Of a stretch of 64,000 nucleotides of DNA, positions 1 through 13,450 are shown one piece after another (within the stretch, counting starts at the first letter, position 1; every line of letters starts with the position of its first letter). Under the pieces are notes generated by a model that was not told the DNA's origin, ran no database searches, and was given only the letters and a program-made list of their open reading frames with translations. The position numbers and the translations under genes were made by a program. The stretch comes from Flavobacteriales bacterium (GTDB taxonomy: Bacteria; Bacteroidota; Bacteroidia; Flavobacteriales_F; PHOS-HE28), in assembly GCA_016788485.1 (NCBI GenBank), contig JAEUSV010000165.1, forward strand, positions 15,205 to 79,204. The letters run 5' to 3'.

Positions 1-1035
1 GTAGATGTCGTCGGCACCCTTCTTGGCCGCGTTGTACTTGTTGTCGTCCTTGATGTCGGCGATCTTGTCGTAGATGTAGGCCGCGCGGTTGTTGTACAGC
101 ACGCCGATGTTGAAGTAGCTGTCGAAGAACTTGGGGTCCTTCTCGATGCTGGTCTTGTAGGCCTGCTCGGCCAGGTCGTACCACTTCATCATTTCAGCCT
201 CCTCGAGGGCCTTGCCGTCCTTGGGGTTGGCCTTGGCATCGTACAGGCTGCCGAGCACCGAGTAGAGCACGGCGTTGTTGGGGTCCTTTTCGATGGCGGC
301 CTTGGTGCTCACCTCGGCCTCCTCGCTGCGGCCCGCCTCGAGCAGGAAGGCCACCTCGTCGAGCATGATCTCCTTGTCGTTCGGGTGCGCCTTGCGGCCG
401 GCCTGGGTGGTGGCGATGGCACCGTTCAGGTCGCCCTGCTTCTTCTGGAGGCTGGCCAGGTAACGGTAAACCTCGGCCTTGTTGTAGCCGATGGTGATGC
501 ATTCCTGGTAGCGCTTCATGGCGCCGGCCGCATCCCCCTTGGTCTCATAGGCCAGGGCGCTGTTGAACACGGCGTTGCTGTCCACCTCGTTGAACGACTT
601 GGCGATGCGCTCGCTCTGGCCGTACAGGGCGATGGCCTGGTCGTAGTTCTTGGCCGTGAAGGCATCGTTGCCGCTGTTGAGGGCCTCGGCCTGCAGGCTG
701 CGCATGGCGGCGAGGTTCTCCTTGCGGTAGTCGCCCTTGGCATCGAGCTCCAGCGCCTTGGCGTAGCTGTCGGCGGCCTTGGCCAGCGCGTCGGGGAACT
801 GCGACTTCAGGTTCGCGTCCGTGCCCAGGGCGATCAGCTTGTAGATGTCGCCGCGGTAGCGCCAGGTCTTCTCCTTGCCCATGGTGGCCTCGTGGGCGAT
901 CGCGGGCTCGATGTACTCGGCGGCCTTCGCCAGGTCGCCGTCCTTCATGTAATTGTAGGCGTTCACCACGTTGCTGTTCTGCGCGGACAGGGCCAGCGCG
1001 GCTCCGGTGAACAGGATGGAAAGGGTCGTTCTCAT
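1..1035 (-). CDS. TPR-like helical-repeat secreted protein, partial (3' end beyond left window edge)
   Basis: Absent from the ORF track because it runs off the edge. My reverse-strand translation from ATG 1035..1033 reads MRTTLSILFTGAALALSAQNSNVVNAYNYMKDGDLAKAAEYIEPA, and from 660 downward FTAKNYDQAIALYGQSERIA. This gives a signal peptide followed by Ala/Tyr/Lys-rich TPR-like repeats. The frame stays open to position 1. The gene lies 29 nt downstream of gyrA on the same strand. Confidence 0.65.
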   Translation of the reverse strand, partial: MRTTLSILFTGAALALSAQNSNVVNAYNYMKDGDLAKAAEYIEPAIAHEATMGKEKTWRYRGDIYKLIALGTDANLKSQFPDALAKAADSYAKALELDAKGDYRKENLAAMRSLQAEALNSGNDAFTAKNYDQAIALYGQSERIAKSFNEVDSNAVFNSALAYETKGDAAGAMKRYQECITIGYNKAEVYRYLASLQKKQGDLNGAIATTQAGRKAHPNDKEIMLDEVAFLLEAGRSEEAEVSTKAAIEKDPNNAVLYSVLGSLYDAKANPKDGKALEEAEMMKWYDLAEQAYKTSIEKDPKFFDSYFNIGVLYNNRAAYIYDKIADIKDDNKYNAAKKGADDIY

Positions 1036-1064
1036 CGGGTTGCGTTCCGTGTGGTCGTTGGGGT

Positions 1065-3638
<2,574 letters not shown>

Positions 3639-3906
3639 GGTCGTTCTGTCAGTTCCCCGCCCTTGCACGGTAGTTGCTGGCAGGGTCCCTGAAAAGGGAG
3701 CCCGAAAGTACTTCGATCGCATACATCGGGACCCCGCAGTTATCCACAACCACACACGCTTCTGTGGAAAAAAGCACCGCTCCCTGAAAAGCCCGCCCGA
3801 AGCCCTTGGGATAGCTTGCCCCCGCTGGGAAAGCCGCTACCTTCGAAGGGCGAAGGGAACCGGACCGGACCGGTGATCGTTCCACAGCAGACCGACCGAA
3901 CCACAG

Positions 3907-6507
<2,601 letters not shown>

Positions 6508-6532
6508 TCCCGCTCCGCAACGCAACGAAACG

Positions 6533-6560
6533 AAAAGCCCCGGTCAACGCCGGGGCTTTT
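6533..6560. terminator. Stem-loop terminator between convergent clpC and the outer-membrane-protein gene
   Basis: aaaagccccgg (6533..6543), loop tcaacg, ccggggctttt (6550..6560). A GC-rich perfect stem flanked by A-run and T-run can act in both directions. Confidence 0.6.
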
Positions 6561-6569
6561 CCGTGGGCC

Positions 6570-7238
6570 CTACCAGCCCGGTCCCGCGTCGGGGCTGCGC
6601 ATGAAGCGCGTGCTGAAGCCCAGCCCGGCCGTGAGGTAGCCATAATGCGCGCTCGGTCCGTTGTCCGTGCGGCCCGGATAACCGTCCAGGCAGAGCTGTT
6701 GTGGTGTCATGCGGGCCGCATCCTGCTCATACCCCACCATCACCCCGAACGCCAGGTTGTCCGTGGCGTGTAGGTAGTAGCTCGCGTTGAGGCCCCAGAA
6801 GAAGCCCTGTTGGCGGGTGGGTTCGGCGCAGGTGGCGCAGCTCCAGGTGTACTGGCTCGTGCCGAACTGCGCGGCCAGCTGGTAGTAGGTGCGCGGCCCG
6901 GTGTACCGCTCGTACTGGGCCTGGCCGTAGAAGGTCCAGCGCTCCACATCGCCCGCGATGTTCTCCGGGGCCAGGCTGTTCTCCTCGAGGTCGAACAGCG
7001 ATGCCTTCACCCCCGCCCCCAGCCCATAGCCCTTTTTGCTCAGCGGCATCTGGAAGCGCAGGTCGAGCTGGCCCACGGTCTCGGTCACATCGTTGAAGAT
7101 GGGCACGCCCACGGGGATCGGCAGCAGCAGCCAGCCGTGCAGGTTGGGCTTCACTTCGGGCAGGCGCTTGCTCTCCTGGGCCATGCCCGAGGTGCAAAGG
7201 GCCACGGCGAACATCACGGCGATCGGCTTCCTCATCAT
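6570..7238 (-). CDS. Putative outer-membrane beta-barrel protein (hypothetical)
   Basis: Track ORF 6570..7370(-) trimmed to MMRKPIAVMFAVALCTSGMAQE (signal peptide) at 7238. Alternating beta-strand-like segments (YYLHATDNLAFGVMVGYE, YGYLTAGLGFSTRF) and a C-terminal aromatic residue. The start overlaps the stop of the upstream gene by 4 nt. Confidence 0.6.
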   Translation of the reverse strand: MMRKPIAVMFAVALCTSGMAQESKRLPEVKPNLHGWLLLPIPVGVPIFNDVTETVGQLDLRFQMPLSKKGYGLGAGVKASLFDLEENSLAPENIAGDVERWTFYGQAQYERYTGPRTYYQLAAQFGTSQYTWSCATCAEPTRQQGFFWGLNASYYLHATDNLAFGVMVGYEQDAARMTPQQLCLDGYPGRTDNGPSAHYGYLTAGLGFSTRFMRSPDAGPGW

Positions 7239-7615
7239 GGCAGAAGACGGAAGAGGCGCACCGTGCGTTGCGTGGAGGTGGCCAGTTCGAAGTAATGTTC
7301 CCCGGGCTCCATGGGCGGGAGGACCAGTTCGAACGCATGGTCGCCCGCCGCCAGCGTAAGGGTGCTCCACGCATGGAGGGGCTTGTGCTCGCGCGTCACG
7401 AGGCGGGGATGAAGCTCCTGGCGGGCCGGCATGCTCACCTCAACGCGCAGGCGCGCCGGATGGTATTCGACCTGCAGGCCGATGAGCTCGGCATGCAGCG
7501 GTGCGGGCAGGTCGCGCGCGAGCACCTTGCGCTTGAAGCGCTTGTACAGCACACCCACCAGCAGGATGCTCAGGGTGATCAGGAGGGTGATGCGGAGGTC
7601 GTCGAGCTGTTCCAT
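7235..7615 (-). CDS. Hypothetical single-pass membrane protein
   Basis: 126-aa ORF with an N-terminal hydrophobic helix (ITLLITLSILLVGVLY) followed by a beta-rich domain. It sits 4 nt after the DUF493 gene and overlaps the next gene by 4 nt, which suggests an operon. Confidence 0.5.
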   Translation of the reverse strand: MEQLDDLRITLLITLSILLVGVLYKRFKRKVLARDLPAPLHAELIGLQVEYHPARLRVEVSMPARQELHPRLVTREHKPLHAWSTLTLAAGDHAFELVLPPMEPGEHYFELATSTQRTVRLFRLLP

Positions 7616-7619
7616 GGTC

Positions 7620-7895
7620 CTAGAGCACGATCACGCCGTCGATCTCGGCCGCCTTCGCGTAGCGCTCCACCACGTCGTCGGCGTTCATCATCACCTCGCG
7701 CACGGTGAGGCTCACGTACTTGCCCCCGGCGGAATAGCGGCGCAACACCTCCACCTCGGGCGGGAACAGGGCCACGATGCGGTCCACGCGCTCGATGTCG
7801 GGCTCACAGATGAACTTGTACATGTAGACCGAGGGCCACTCGTGCACCTGGTCCAACCGTTCGCGCAGTTTCCGGCGCGCTTCCTCGCTGAGCAT
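7620..7895 (-). CDS. DUF493 (YbeD-like) family protein
   Basis: 91 aa. The pattern WPSVYMYKFICEP...RYSAGGKYVSLTV...VIVL matches the YbeD/UPF0250 layout (FP..Y.fK...S..GkY.S.t). Confidence 0.7.
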   Translation of the reverse strand: MLSEEARRKLRERLDQVHEWPSVYMYKFICEPDIERVDRIVALFPPEVEVLRRYSAGGKYVSLTVREVMMNADDVVERYAKAAEIDGVIVL

Positions 7896-7902
7896 ACCTT
7901 GG

Positions 7903-7910
7903 CAAAGGTA
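7903..7910 (-). promoter_or_regulatory. Candidate Bacteroidota -7 box (TACCTTTG on minus strand) just upstream of the DUF493 start
   Basis: Plus-strand caaaggta at 7903..7910 is TACCTTTG on the minus strand, matching TAnnTTTG. Only 7 nt separate it from the ATG at 7895. Confidence 0.3.
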
Positions 7911-7960
7911 CCGTACCGGCCGATCGAACCTTTCATCGGCCGGCGTGTACAGCCCACCGA

Positions 7961-9094
7961 ATGATGACCCGAGCGTTCACCACCCGATCCCTGGTCCTCC
8001 CGGCGCTGCTGGCCCTGGTGGCGCCGTTGAGCGCGCAGACGCAGACCGAGTCGCTGGACCGGCCGGCCCGCAGCGCCCTCGCGCTGGAACCGGTGCAGGG
8101 CGCCTGGAGCGTGACGGAGCAACGCGATGCCGCCGCGCTCTGGGATGCCATGCGCAAGGAGGACCCCGCCAACACCGAGGCCCAGTACAACTACTTCAAG
8201 GCCACCCGCAACGCCCGCATGGCCGCCAACAACGGCGACCTCCCCCCCGCCACCGAGGCCGAGCTGAAGCAGGTGTCCGACGAAACGGAGCGCTACGCGC
8301 CGGGCAGCTTCGAGGGCTGCATGATGCGGTACCAGCTGGCCTTCCCGTCGCGCCAGGCCTTCACCGAGCTGGGCAAGGCCTACCAGAAGGAACCCGACCG
8401 CATGGAGCTCATCAGCCCCATGCTCGGCCGTGCGATGCTCGACGGCGACAAGGCCGACGTGCTGCGGTGGAGCCGTGCGCTCCGCACGCGCGGGGAGCAG
8501 GCACCGGGCCTCACCGATGTGGCGGTGGACATGCTGCAGAGCGTGGACGCCAATGGGGTCGTCTTCACCAACGGCGATATGGACACCCATCCCGCCGTGG
8601 CGGTGCAACAGGTGGACGGCTACCGGCAGGATGTGCTGGTGGTGGACCAACGCTTGCTGGCCGATGCAGGCTATCGGCAGCGAGTGTGGAGCGAGGCATC
8701 GGCCAGCGGGCAGCCGCCGGGGCCCGGGCCTGAGTACGCCCGCAGCCTCAGCACCAGTTCGCCGCGCCCCGTGTACCTGGCCTTGAGCATCGATCCTTCC
8801 TGGACCATGGCCCTGCGTGGCCAGCTGTATCCCACCGGTCTCGCCTTCCGGCTGAGCGCGCGGCCCTTGGACACCACCCCGCTCCTCGAACAGCGGTGGG
8901 CGCTGTTGCGGAAGCCCGCCAACGCCGGGCCCCTCAGCCGCAACTACCTGCTCCCCGGTTCGCTGCTGCTGGAGCATTACCGGGCCAGCGGCGACGAGGC
9001 GGGCGCGGCGCGCACCGAGCTGGAGCTGCGACGTTTCAGCGACCGCATCGGCGCCACACAGGACCTCTACAAGGCCGGCATCCTCAAGCACTGA
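7961..9094 (+). CDS. Hypothetical secreted protein (first gene of the ECF sigma operon)
   Basis: 377 aa. Signal peptide MMTRAFTTRSLVLPALLALVAPLSAQ. Internal motif GVVFTNGDMDTHPAVAVQQVDGYRQDVLVVDQRLL. The stop is 2 nt before the sigma-factor ATG. Confidence 0.65.
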   Translation: MMTRAFTTRSLVLPALLALVAPLSAQTQTESLDRPARSALALEPVQGAWSVTEQRDAAALWDAMRKEDPANTEAQYNYFKATRNARMAANNGDLPPATEAELKQVSDETERYAPGSFEGCMMRYQLAFPSRQAFTELGKAYQKEPDRMELISPMLGRAMLDGDKADVLRWSRALRTRGEQAPGLTDVAVDMLQSVDANGVVFTNGDMDTHPAVAVQQVDGYRQDVLVVDQRLLADAGYRQRVWSEASASGQPPGPGPEYARSLSTSSPRPVYLALSIDPSWTMALRGQLYPTGLAFRLSARPLDTTPLLEQRWALLRKPANAGPLSRNYLLPGSLLLEHYRASGDEAGAARTELELRRFSDRIGATQDLYKAGILKH

Positions 9095-9096
9095 CC

Positions 9097-9693
9097 ATGG
9101 GCCTGTTCCGCACCGATCTCACCGGCCTGAGCGACGAGCGCCTGATGGAGCTCGTGGTGCGCGGCGATGAGCGCGCGTTCGGAACGCTGTACGACAGGTA
9201 CCGGCGCAAGCTCCTCACCTACTTCCACCGCATGCTGTGGCAGGACCGTGAGCGTGCGCAGGACTTCCTCCAGGAGCTCTTCACCAAGATCGCGCAGCGG
9301 CCCGAGAGCTACGATCCGGCGCGTCCCTTCAGCACCTGGCTGTACAGCGTGGCCAACAACATGTGCAAGAACGAGTACCGCCGCGAGGAGGTGCGCCGTT
9401 CGGCACGTCCGCACCTGAAGGCCGAGACCGACCGGGTGGACGCGGTGCACGGCGACGGCGTGGACCGTCAACGCTTCCGCACACGCCTCGATGCGGAGCT
9501 GGAGCGGCTCGATCCCGACCACAAGGCCACCTTCGTGATGCGCTACCACGAGGACATGGCCATCAAGGAGATCGCCGCGGTCTTCGGATGCTCCGAGGGC
9601 ACGGTGAAGTCGCGCTTGTTCTACACCTTGAAAAAACTGGCCGAACGCATGAAGGAGTTCGACCCCAACGCCCTGCACCATGGAAAGGCGTGA
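9097..9693 (+). CDS. RNA polymerase ECF-type sigma-70 factor
   Basis: Track ORF 8896..9693 trimmed to ATG 9097 (MGLFRTDLTGLSDERLMELVVRGDERAFGTLYDRY). Region 2 (FSTWLYSVANNMCKNEYRR) and region 4 HTH (MAIKEIAAVFGCSEGTVKSRLFYTLKKL) are present. Confidence 0.9.
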   Translation: MGLFRTDLTGLSDERLMELVVRGDERAFGTLYDRYRRKLLTYFHRMLWQDRERAQDFLQELFTKIAQRPESYDPARPFSTWLYSVANNMCKNEYRREEVRRSARPHLKAETDRVDAVHGDGVDRQRFRTRLDAELERLDPDHKATFVMRYHEDMAIKEIAAVFGCSEGTVKSRLFYTLKKLAERMKEFDPNALHHGKA

Positions 9694-10597
9694 GCATTAC
9701 GACCCCGAGGACATCGAGCAGCTGCTGATGGAGCGCGGCTTCGACGAGCTGCTCGAGGAGGAACGCGCCTACGTGCTGCGCCACCTGAGCGGGCGCGACG
9801 AGTACGAGTCGATGCGCCGCCTGCTGATGGAGGTGCAGCGCACTGAGCCCGACCATGACCTGCTGGAGGCCGACCTGCGCGTGCGCAACACCGTGATGGG
9901 CGCCTTCCGCGAGCGCAACCGGCCGCAATGGCAGGTGTGGTTGAACAGCGTGGGCGCGTGGATGCTGCCGCGTGATGCCTCGGCCATTTGGCGCCCCGCG
10001 CTCGCCGTGGCCTCGCTGGCCGCTGTGATCGGCCTTTCGGTGTGGTACCTGAACGGCCGCGGTTCCGGCACGGAGCTGGCCGAAGTGCGCCCGGAGGCCG
10101 CGCCGAAGAAGGAACGACCGGCTCCACCTCCCTCCACCGATGCCCCCGCACAGGGCGCTGTCGCCACCGAGGCCGAAGTGGCTGTCCCGACCGATGCGGT
10201 ACCGATCGAACAGGCGCAGGCCGAAGAGCAGCTTGTGACGGGCCAGAAGACGGTGCAGGCCGCGACCGCAGCGGAGCACATGGACGTGGCAGTGGCCGAG
10301 GCTCCTGCGGAAGAGAACATGGATGACCAGGCCTTCGATGTGGCCACCACACGCACGGCCGATGCGGCGAAGCCCACAGCCGGCGCGGCGCTCGATTCCG
10401 TGTTCCAGACCCGGCAACTGGCGACGAACTCGGGCTACCTCAACAACTGGAGCATGGCCAACGCCTCGGGCACCTCGACAGGAGCGGTGGTCGTGGCCAA
10501 GGAGGCCAGGGAACGCAGCAAGCGCAAGGCCGAGAGCGGAAAGGATGCGGAACCTGTGGACGATCGGACGCTCGCCTTGTTGAGGGCGGCCTGGTGA
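9680..10597 (+). CDS. Putative anti-sigma factor (single-pass membrane protein)
   Basis: Overlaps the sigma gene by 14 nt. Helical N-terminal domain, one TM segment (ALAVASLAAVIGLSVWYL), then an Ala/Glu/Pro-rich extracytoplasmic region. Assignment is by position and topology only. Confidence 0.6.
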   Translation: MERREHYDPEDIEQLLMERGFDELLEEERAYVLRHLSGRDEYESMRRLLMEVQRTEPDHDLLEADLRVRNTVMGAFRERNRPQWQVWLNSVGAWMLPRDASAIWRPALAVASLAAVIGLSVWYLNGRGSGTELAEVRPEAAPKKERPAPPPSTDAPAQGAVATEAEVAVPTDAVPIEQAQAEEQLVTGQKTVQAATAAEHMDVAVAEAPAEENMDDQAFDVATTRTADAAKPTAGAALDSVFQTRQLATNSGYLNNWSMANASGTSTGAVVVAKEARERSKRKAESGKDAEPVDDRTLALLRAAW

Positions 10598-10601
10598 GCG
10601 G

Positions 10602-10943
10602 TCACTCGTTGACCACGCGCTCGGAGAGCTGCAGGTCGCGGGCGGTGATGAGCAGCGTAAGCTCCCCTTTGGGGAAGGTGCCACGGTCCAAGCGGCGCAC
10701 CAGTTCTGCGGTCATGGCCTTGCCCTCTTCGCGGTAGAGCGTTCGGCCGTTGGCATCGCGCACCTCGATCACCACGTTGCCGATCTTGCGGCAGCTGGTG
10801 ACATTGAGCGTCAACAGGCCAGAGTTCCGAGGGCACTGCACCAGCACCTTCGGGTCCTTCCCACAGCCCGGGGAGGATGCCTGCAACGGCGTGGCGACCT
10901 GGAGGGTCAACACCGTGGCGGCCAGCGGAAGAAGGCGCTTCAT
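10602..10943 (-). CDS. Hypothetical small secreted protein
   Basis: Track ORF 10602..11096(-) trimmed to MKRLLPLAATVLTLQVATPLQA (signal peptide) at 10943. 113 aa with 4 Cys. Confidence 0.5.
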   Translation of the reverse strand: MKRLLPLAATVLTLQVATPLQASSPGCGKDPKVLVQCPRNSGLLTLNVTSCRKIGNVVIEVRDANGRTLYREEGKAMTAELVRRLDRGTFPKGELTLLITARDLQLSERVVNE

Positions 10944-11014
10944 CTCGTCAAAGATAGCATGTGCCTTCGCCCACCTCAAGTACCCGTTGGGCCCGGGATC
11001 TTGGAAAGCCAAGG

Positions 11015-12004
11015 CTAGCTGAGGAAGGCGGCCTTGTGGAGCTTGTTGCCCTCGCGGGTGTGCAGCGCGTAGCTGAACCCGTCGACCACGGCGCATGCGC
11101 CATGGAGGCCATCCTTCCGCAAGGCCAGGAAACCCACCTGGTGGTCCTTGAGACCGGGATGCTTGGCCAGGATGCGCTTCACGGCCTGCCTGCAGGCCTC
11201 CTCGGGCTCCACGCCCTGGCGCATGAGCTCCACCACCGTATGGCTCCCGGCCACGCGGATCACCAGTTCGCCTGTGCCGGTGGCGCAGGCCGCGCCCACA
11301 TCACCGTCCACGAACAGGCCCGCACCGATGATGGGGCTGTCGCCCACGCGTCCATGGACCTTGTAGGCCATGCCGCTGGTGGTGCAGCTGCCCGCGAGCC
11401 TGCCGCCGGTGTCAACGGCGACGAGGCCGATGGTGTCGTGGTTCTCGATGTTCGCGACCGGGCGGTACTCCGCCTTCTTCAGCCATTCGGCGTAGGCGGC
11501 CCGCACCTCGGGCAGGTCCACCTCGCGCTTGGTGAAGCCGTTGGCCAGCGCCCACTGCTGCGCACCATCGCCCACGAGCATCACGTGCGGTGTACGCTCC
11601 ATGATCGCGCGCGCCACGCTGATCGGGTGCTCGATGTCCTGGAGGAAGGCCACAGCGCCCGCCCGTCCGTCGTGGTCCTGGATGCACGCATCGAGGGTGA
11701 CGAAGCCGTCGCGGTCGGGCATGCCACCCAGGCCCACGCTGCGGTTGGTGAGGTCGCTCTCCACCACGGCCACGCCCTGTTCCACGGCATCGAGCACGGA
11801 GCCGCCCGCCTGGAGCACCTCCCAGGCCTTGGCGTTCGCGGCCATGCCATGGTCCCAGGTGCTCAGTACCACGGGACCTCCCGGTCCTGCGGCCGGCGCC
11901 TGGTCCGTGGCCTCCTCCCGCGCGGCCTCCGTACCGGCACAACCCACGGCGAAGGCGGCGGTGCCCAGCGCACCCAGCTTCAGGAAACGTCTGCGATCGT
12001 TCAT
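11015..12004 (-). CDS. N4-(beta-N-acetylglucosaminyl)-L-asparaginase (glycosylasparaginase), Ntn-hydrolase
   Basis: This is the 3' third of the fused 768-aa track ORF; the real start is ATG 12004. Tat-like signal plus lipobox MNDRRRFLKLGALGTAAFAVGCAG. Autoprocessing/nucleophile motif NHDTIGLVAVD and GAGLFVD. Confidence 0.88.
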   Translation of the reverse strand: MNDRRRFLKLGALGTAAFAVGCAGTEAAREEATDQAPAAGPGGPVVLSTWDHGMAANAKAWEVLQAGGSVLDAVEQGVAVVESDLTNRSVGLGGMPDRDGFVTLDACIQDHDGRAGAVAFLQDIEHPISVARAIMERTPHVMLVGDGAQQWALANGFTKREVDLPEVRAAYAEWLKKAEYRPVANIENHDTIGLVAVDTGGRLAGSCTTSGMAYKVHGRVGDSPIIGAGLFVDGDVGAACATGTGELVIRVAGSHTVVELMRQGVEPEEACRQAVKRILAKHPGLKDHQVGFLALRKDGLHGACAVVDGFSYALHTREGNKLHKAAFLS

Positions 12005-12067
12005 GTTCAGGGGCCGCCAAGCTAATCGATACCACCACAGTGCGGTGCCCGCGCCTATTTTGCGCAC

Positions 12068-13450
12068 ATGAACACCACCCACGCCCGTTCCATCGCCTGG
12101 CCGATGACCGTGCTCACCACCCTGTTCTTCATGTGGGGCTTCCTCACGGTGATGAACGACGTGCTGGTGCCGCATTGGAAGCAGGTGTTCGCGCTCAACT
12201 ACACCCAGAGCCTCCTGGTGCAGTTCTGCTTCTTCGGCGCGTACTTCTTCGGGTCGCTGCTGTACTACTTCAGTTCGGTGAGCAGCGGCGATCCCATCCA
12301 GCGGTTCGGCTACAAGCGTGGCGCCGTGGGCGGCCTGCTGCTTTCGGCGGTCGGCTGCCTGCTGTTCATCCCCGCCTCGTACAGCCATTCCTACACCGGC
12401 TTCCTGTTCGCCCTCTTCATCCTCGGCCTCGGCTTCACCCTGTTGCAGATCGCGGCCAATCCGTTCGTGGCCATCATCGGCAGCACCGAAGGGGCCAGCA
12501 GCCGGTTGAACCTGGCGCAGGCCTTCAATTCGCTCGGCACAACACTGGCCCCGTTGGTGGGCGGTTGGCTCATCTTCGAGCGGTTGCAGGGCGATGCGGC
12601 CATCCGTTACCCCTACGCGTTCTACGCCGCGCTTTTCGTGCTTCTCGCCGTGTGGGTGCACTACACCCCGCTGCCCGAGCCTCCCCGCGAGGTGCACACC
12701 AAGGGGAACGCGCTGCGGCACCGCTCGCTGCGGCTGGCCATGATCGCGATCTTCTGCTACGTGGGCGCGGAGGTCACCATCGGCAGCCTCATCATCAGCT
12801 TCCTGAAGCTGCCCGAGGTGATGGGCATGCCTGAGGGAGCGGCCAAGAACTACCTGAGCCTGTACTGGGGCGGCGCCATGGTGGGCCGCTTCATGGGCGC
12901 CCTCGCGCTGAACGAAACGCTGCCGGGCCGGCGGTTGATGCTGATGATGCCGGGCCTCGCCCTGCTGCTTTTCGTGCTGCTGTTGGTGATCAACCTGCTC
13001 GGCGATGGCCTGGGCATCGAGCACCTCTGGCCCATGGCCGTGCTCATCTTCGCCAACATGGGCGCCTTCATGTTCGCCGGTCGTGGCAACGCCCGCGCCC
13101 TGGCGATCTTCGCGGTGATCGCCGCGGCCATGGTGATCGCCGCCGTGCTGCTCACCGGCGCATGGGCCATGTGGGCGTTGGTGGCGGTGGGCCTGTTCAA
13201 CTCCGTGATGTGGAGCAACATCTTCACGCTGGGTATCGCCGGACTGGGCAAGGAGGCCAGCCAGGGCTCGTCGCTGCTGGTGATGATGATCGTGGGCGGC
13301 GCCCTGCTCCCCTTCCTTCAAGGCCTGGTCGCCGACCTGCTCGCCACGGAGTCCAACAAGGACGCCGGCCTGCAGCTCTCGTTCCTGGTTCCGGTGGCCT
13401 GCTACCTCTACCTCGCCTGGTTCGGCATGGACCGCAACCGCACCGCATGA
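12068..13450 (+). CDS. MFS sugar permease of the FucP/GluP/NagP family
   Basis: 460 aa with about 12 hydrophobic segments. The N-terminal LFFMWGFLTVMNDVLVPHWK motif is typical of glucose/galactose, fucose and GlcNAc permeases. Confidence 0.88.
   Translation: MNTTHARSIAWPMTVLTTLFFMWGFLTVMNDVLVPHWKQVFALNYTQSLLVQFCFFGAYFFGSLLYYFSSVSSGDPIQRFGYKRGAVGGLLLSAVGCLLFIPASYSHSYTGFLFALFILGLGFTLLQIAANPFVAIIGSTEGASSRLNLAQAFNSLGTTLAPLVGGWLIFERLQGDAAIRYPYAFYAALFVLLAVWVHYTPLPEPPREVHTKGNALRHRSLRLAMIAIFCYVGAEVTIGSLIISFLKLPEVMGMPEGAAKNYLSLYWGGAMVGRFMGALALNETLPGRRLMLMMPGLALLLFVLLLVINLLGDGLGIEHLWPMAVLIFANMGAFMFAGRGNARALAIFAVIAAAMVIAAVLLTGAWAMWALVAVGLFNSVMWSNIFTLGIAGLGKEASQGSSLLVMMIVGGALLPFLQGLVADLLATESNKDAGLQLSFLVPVACYLYLAWFGMDRNRTA

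Noticed and set aside
3639-3906. 268-nt divergent gyrA/clpC spacer, examined for RNA genes, repeats or CtsR/HrcA-type operators
   Set aside because: No convincing dyad, direct repeat or structured element was found. There is only a TACCTTCG near-match to the -7 box.
12005-13321. 5' two-thirds of the 768-aa track ORF 11015..13321(-), which would make a giant fusion with the glycosylasparaginase
   Set aside because: That portion is antisense to the MFS permease and is His/Gly/Glu/Arg-rich nonsense. The asparaginase has its own Tat signal peptide starting at ATG 12004, so the ORF is just an open upstream frame.
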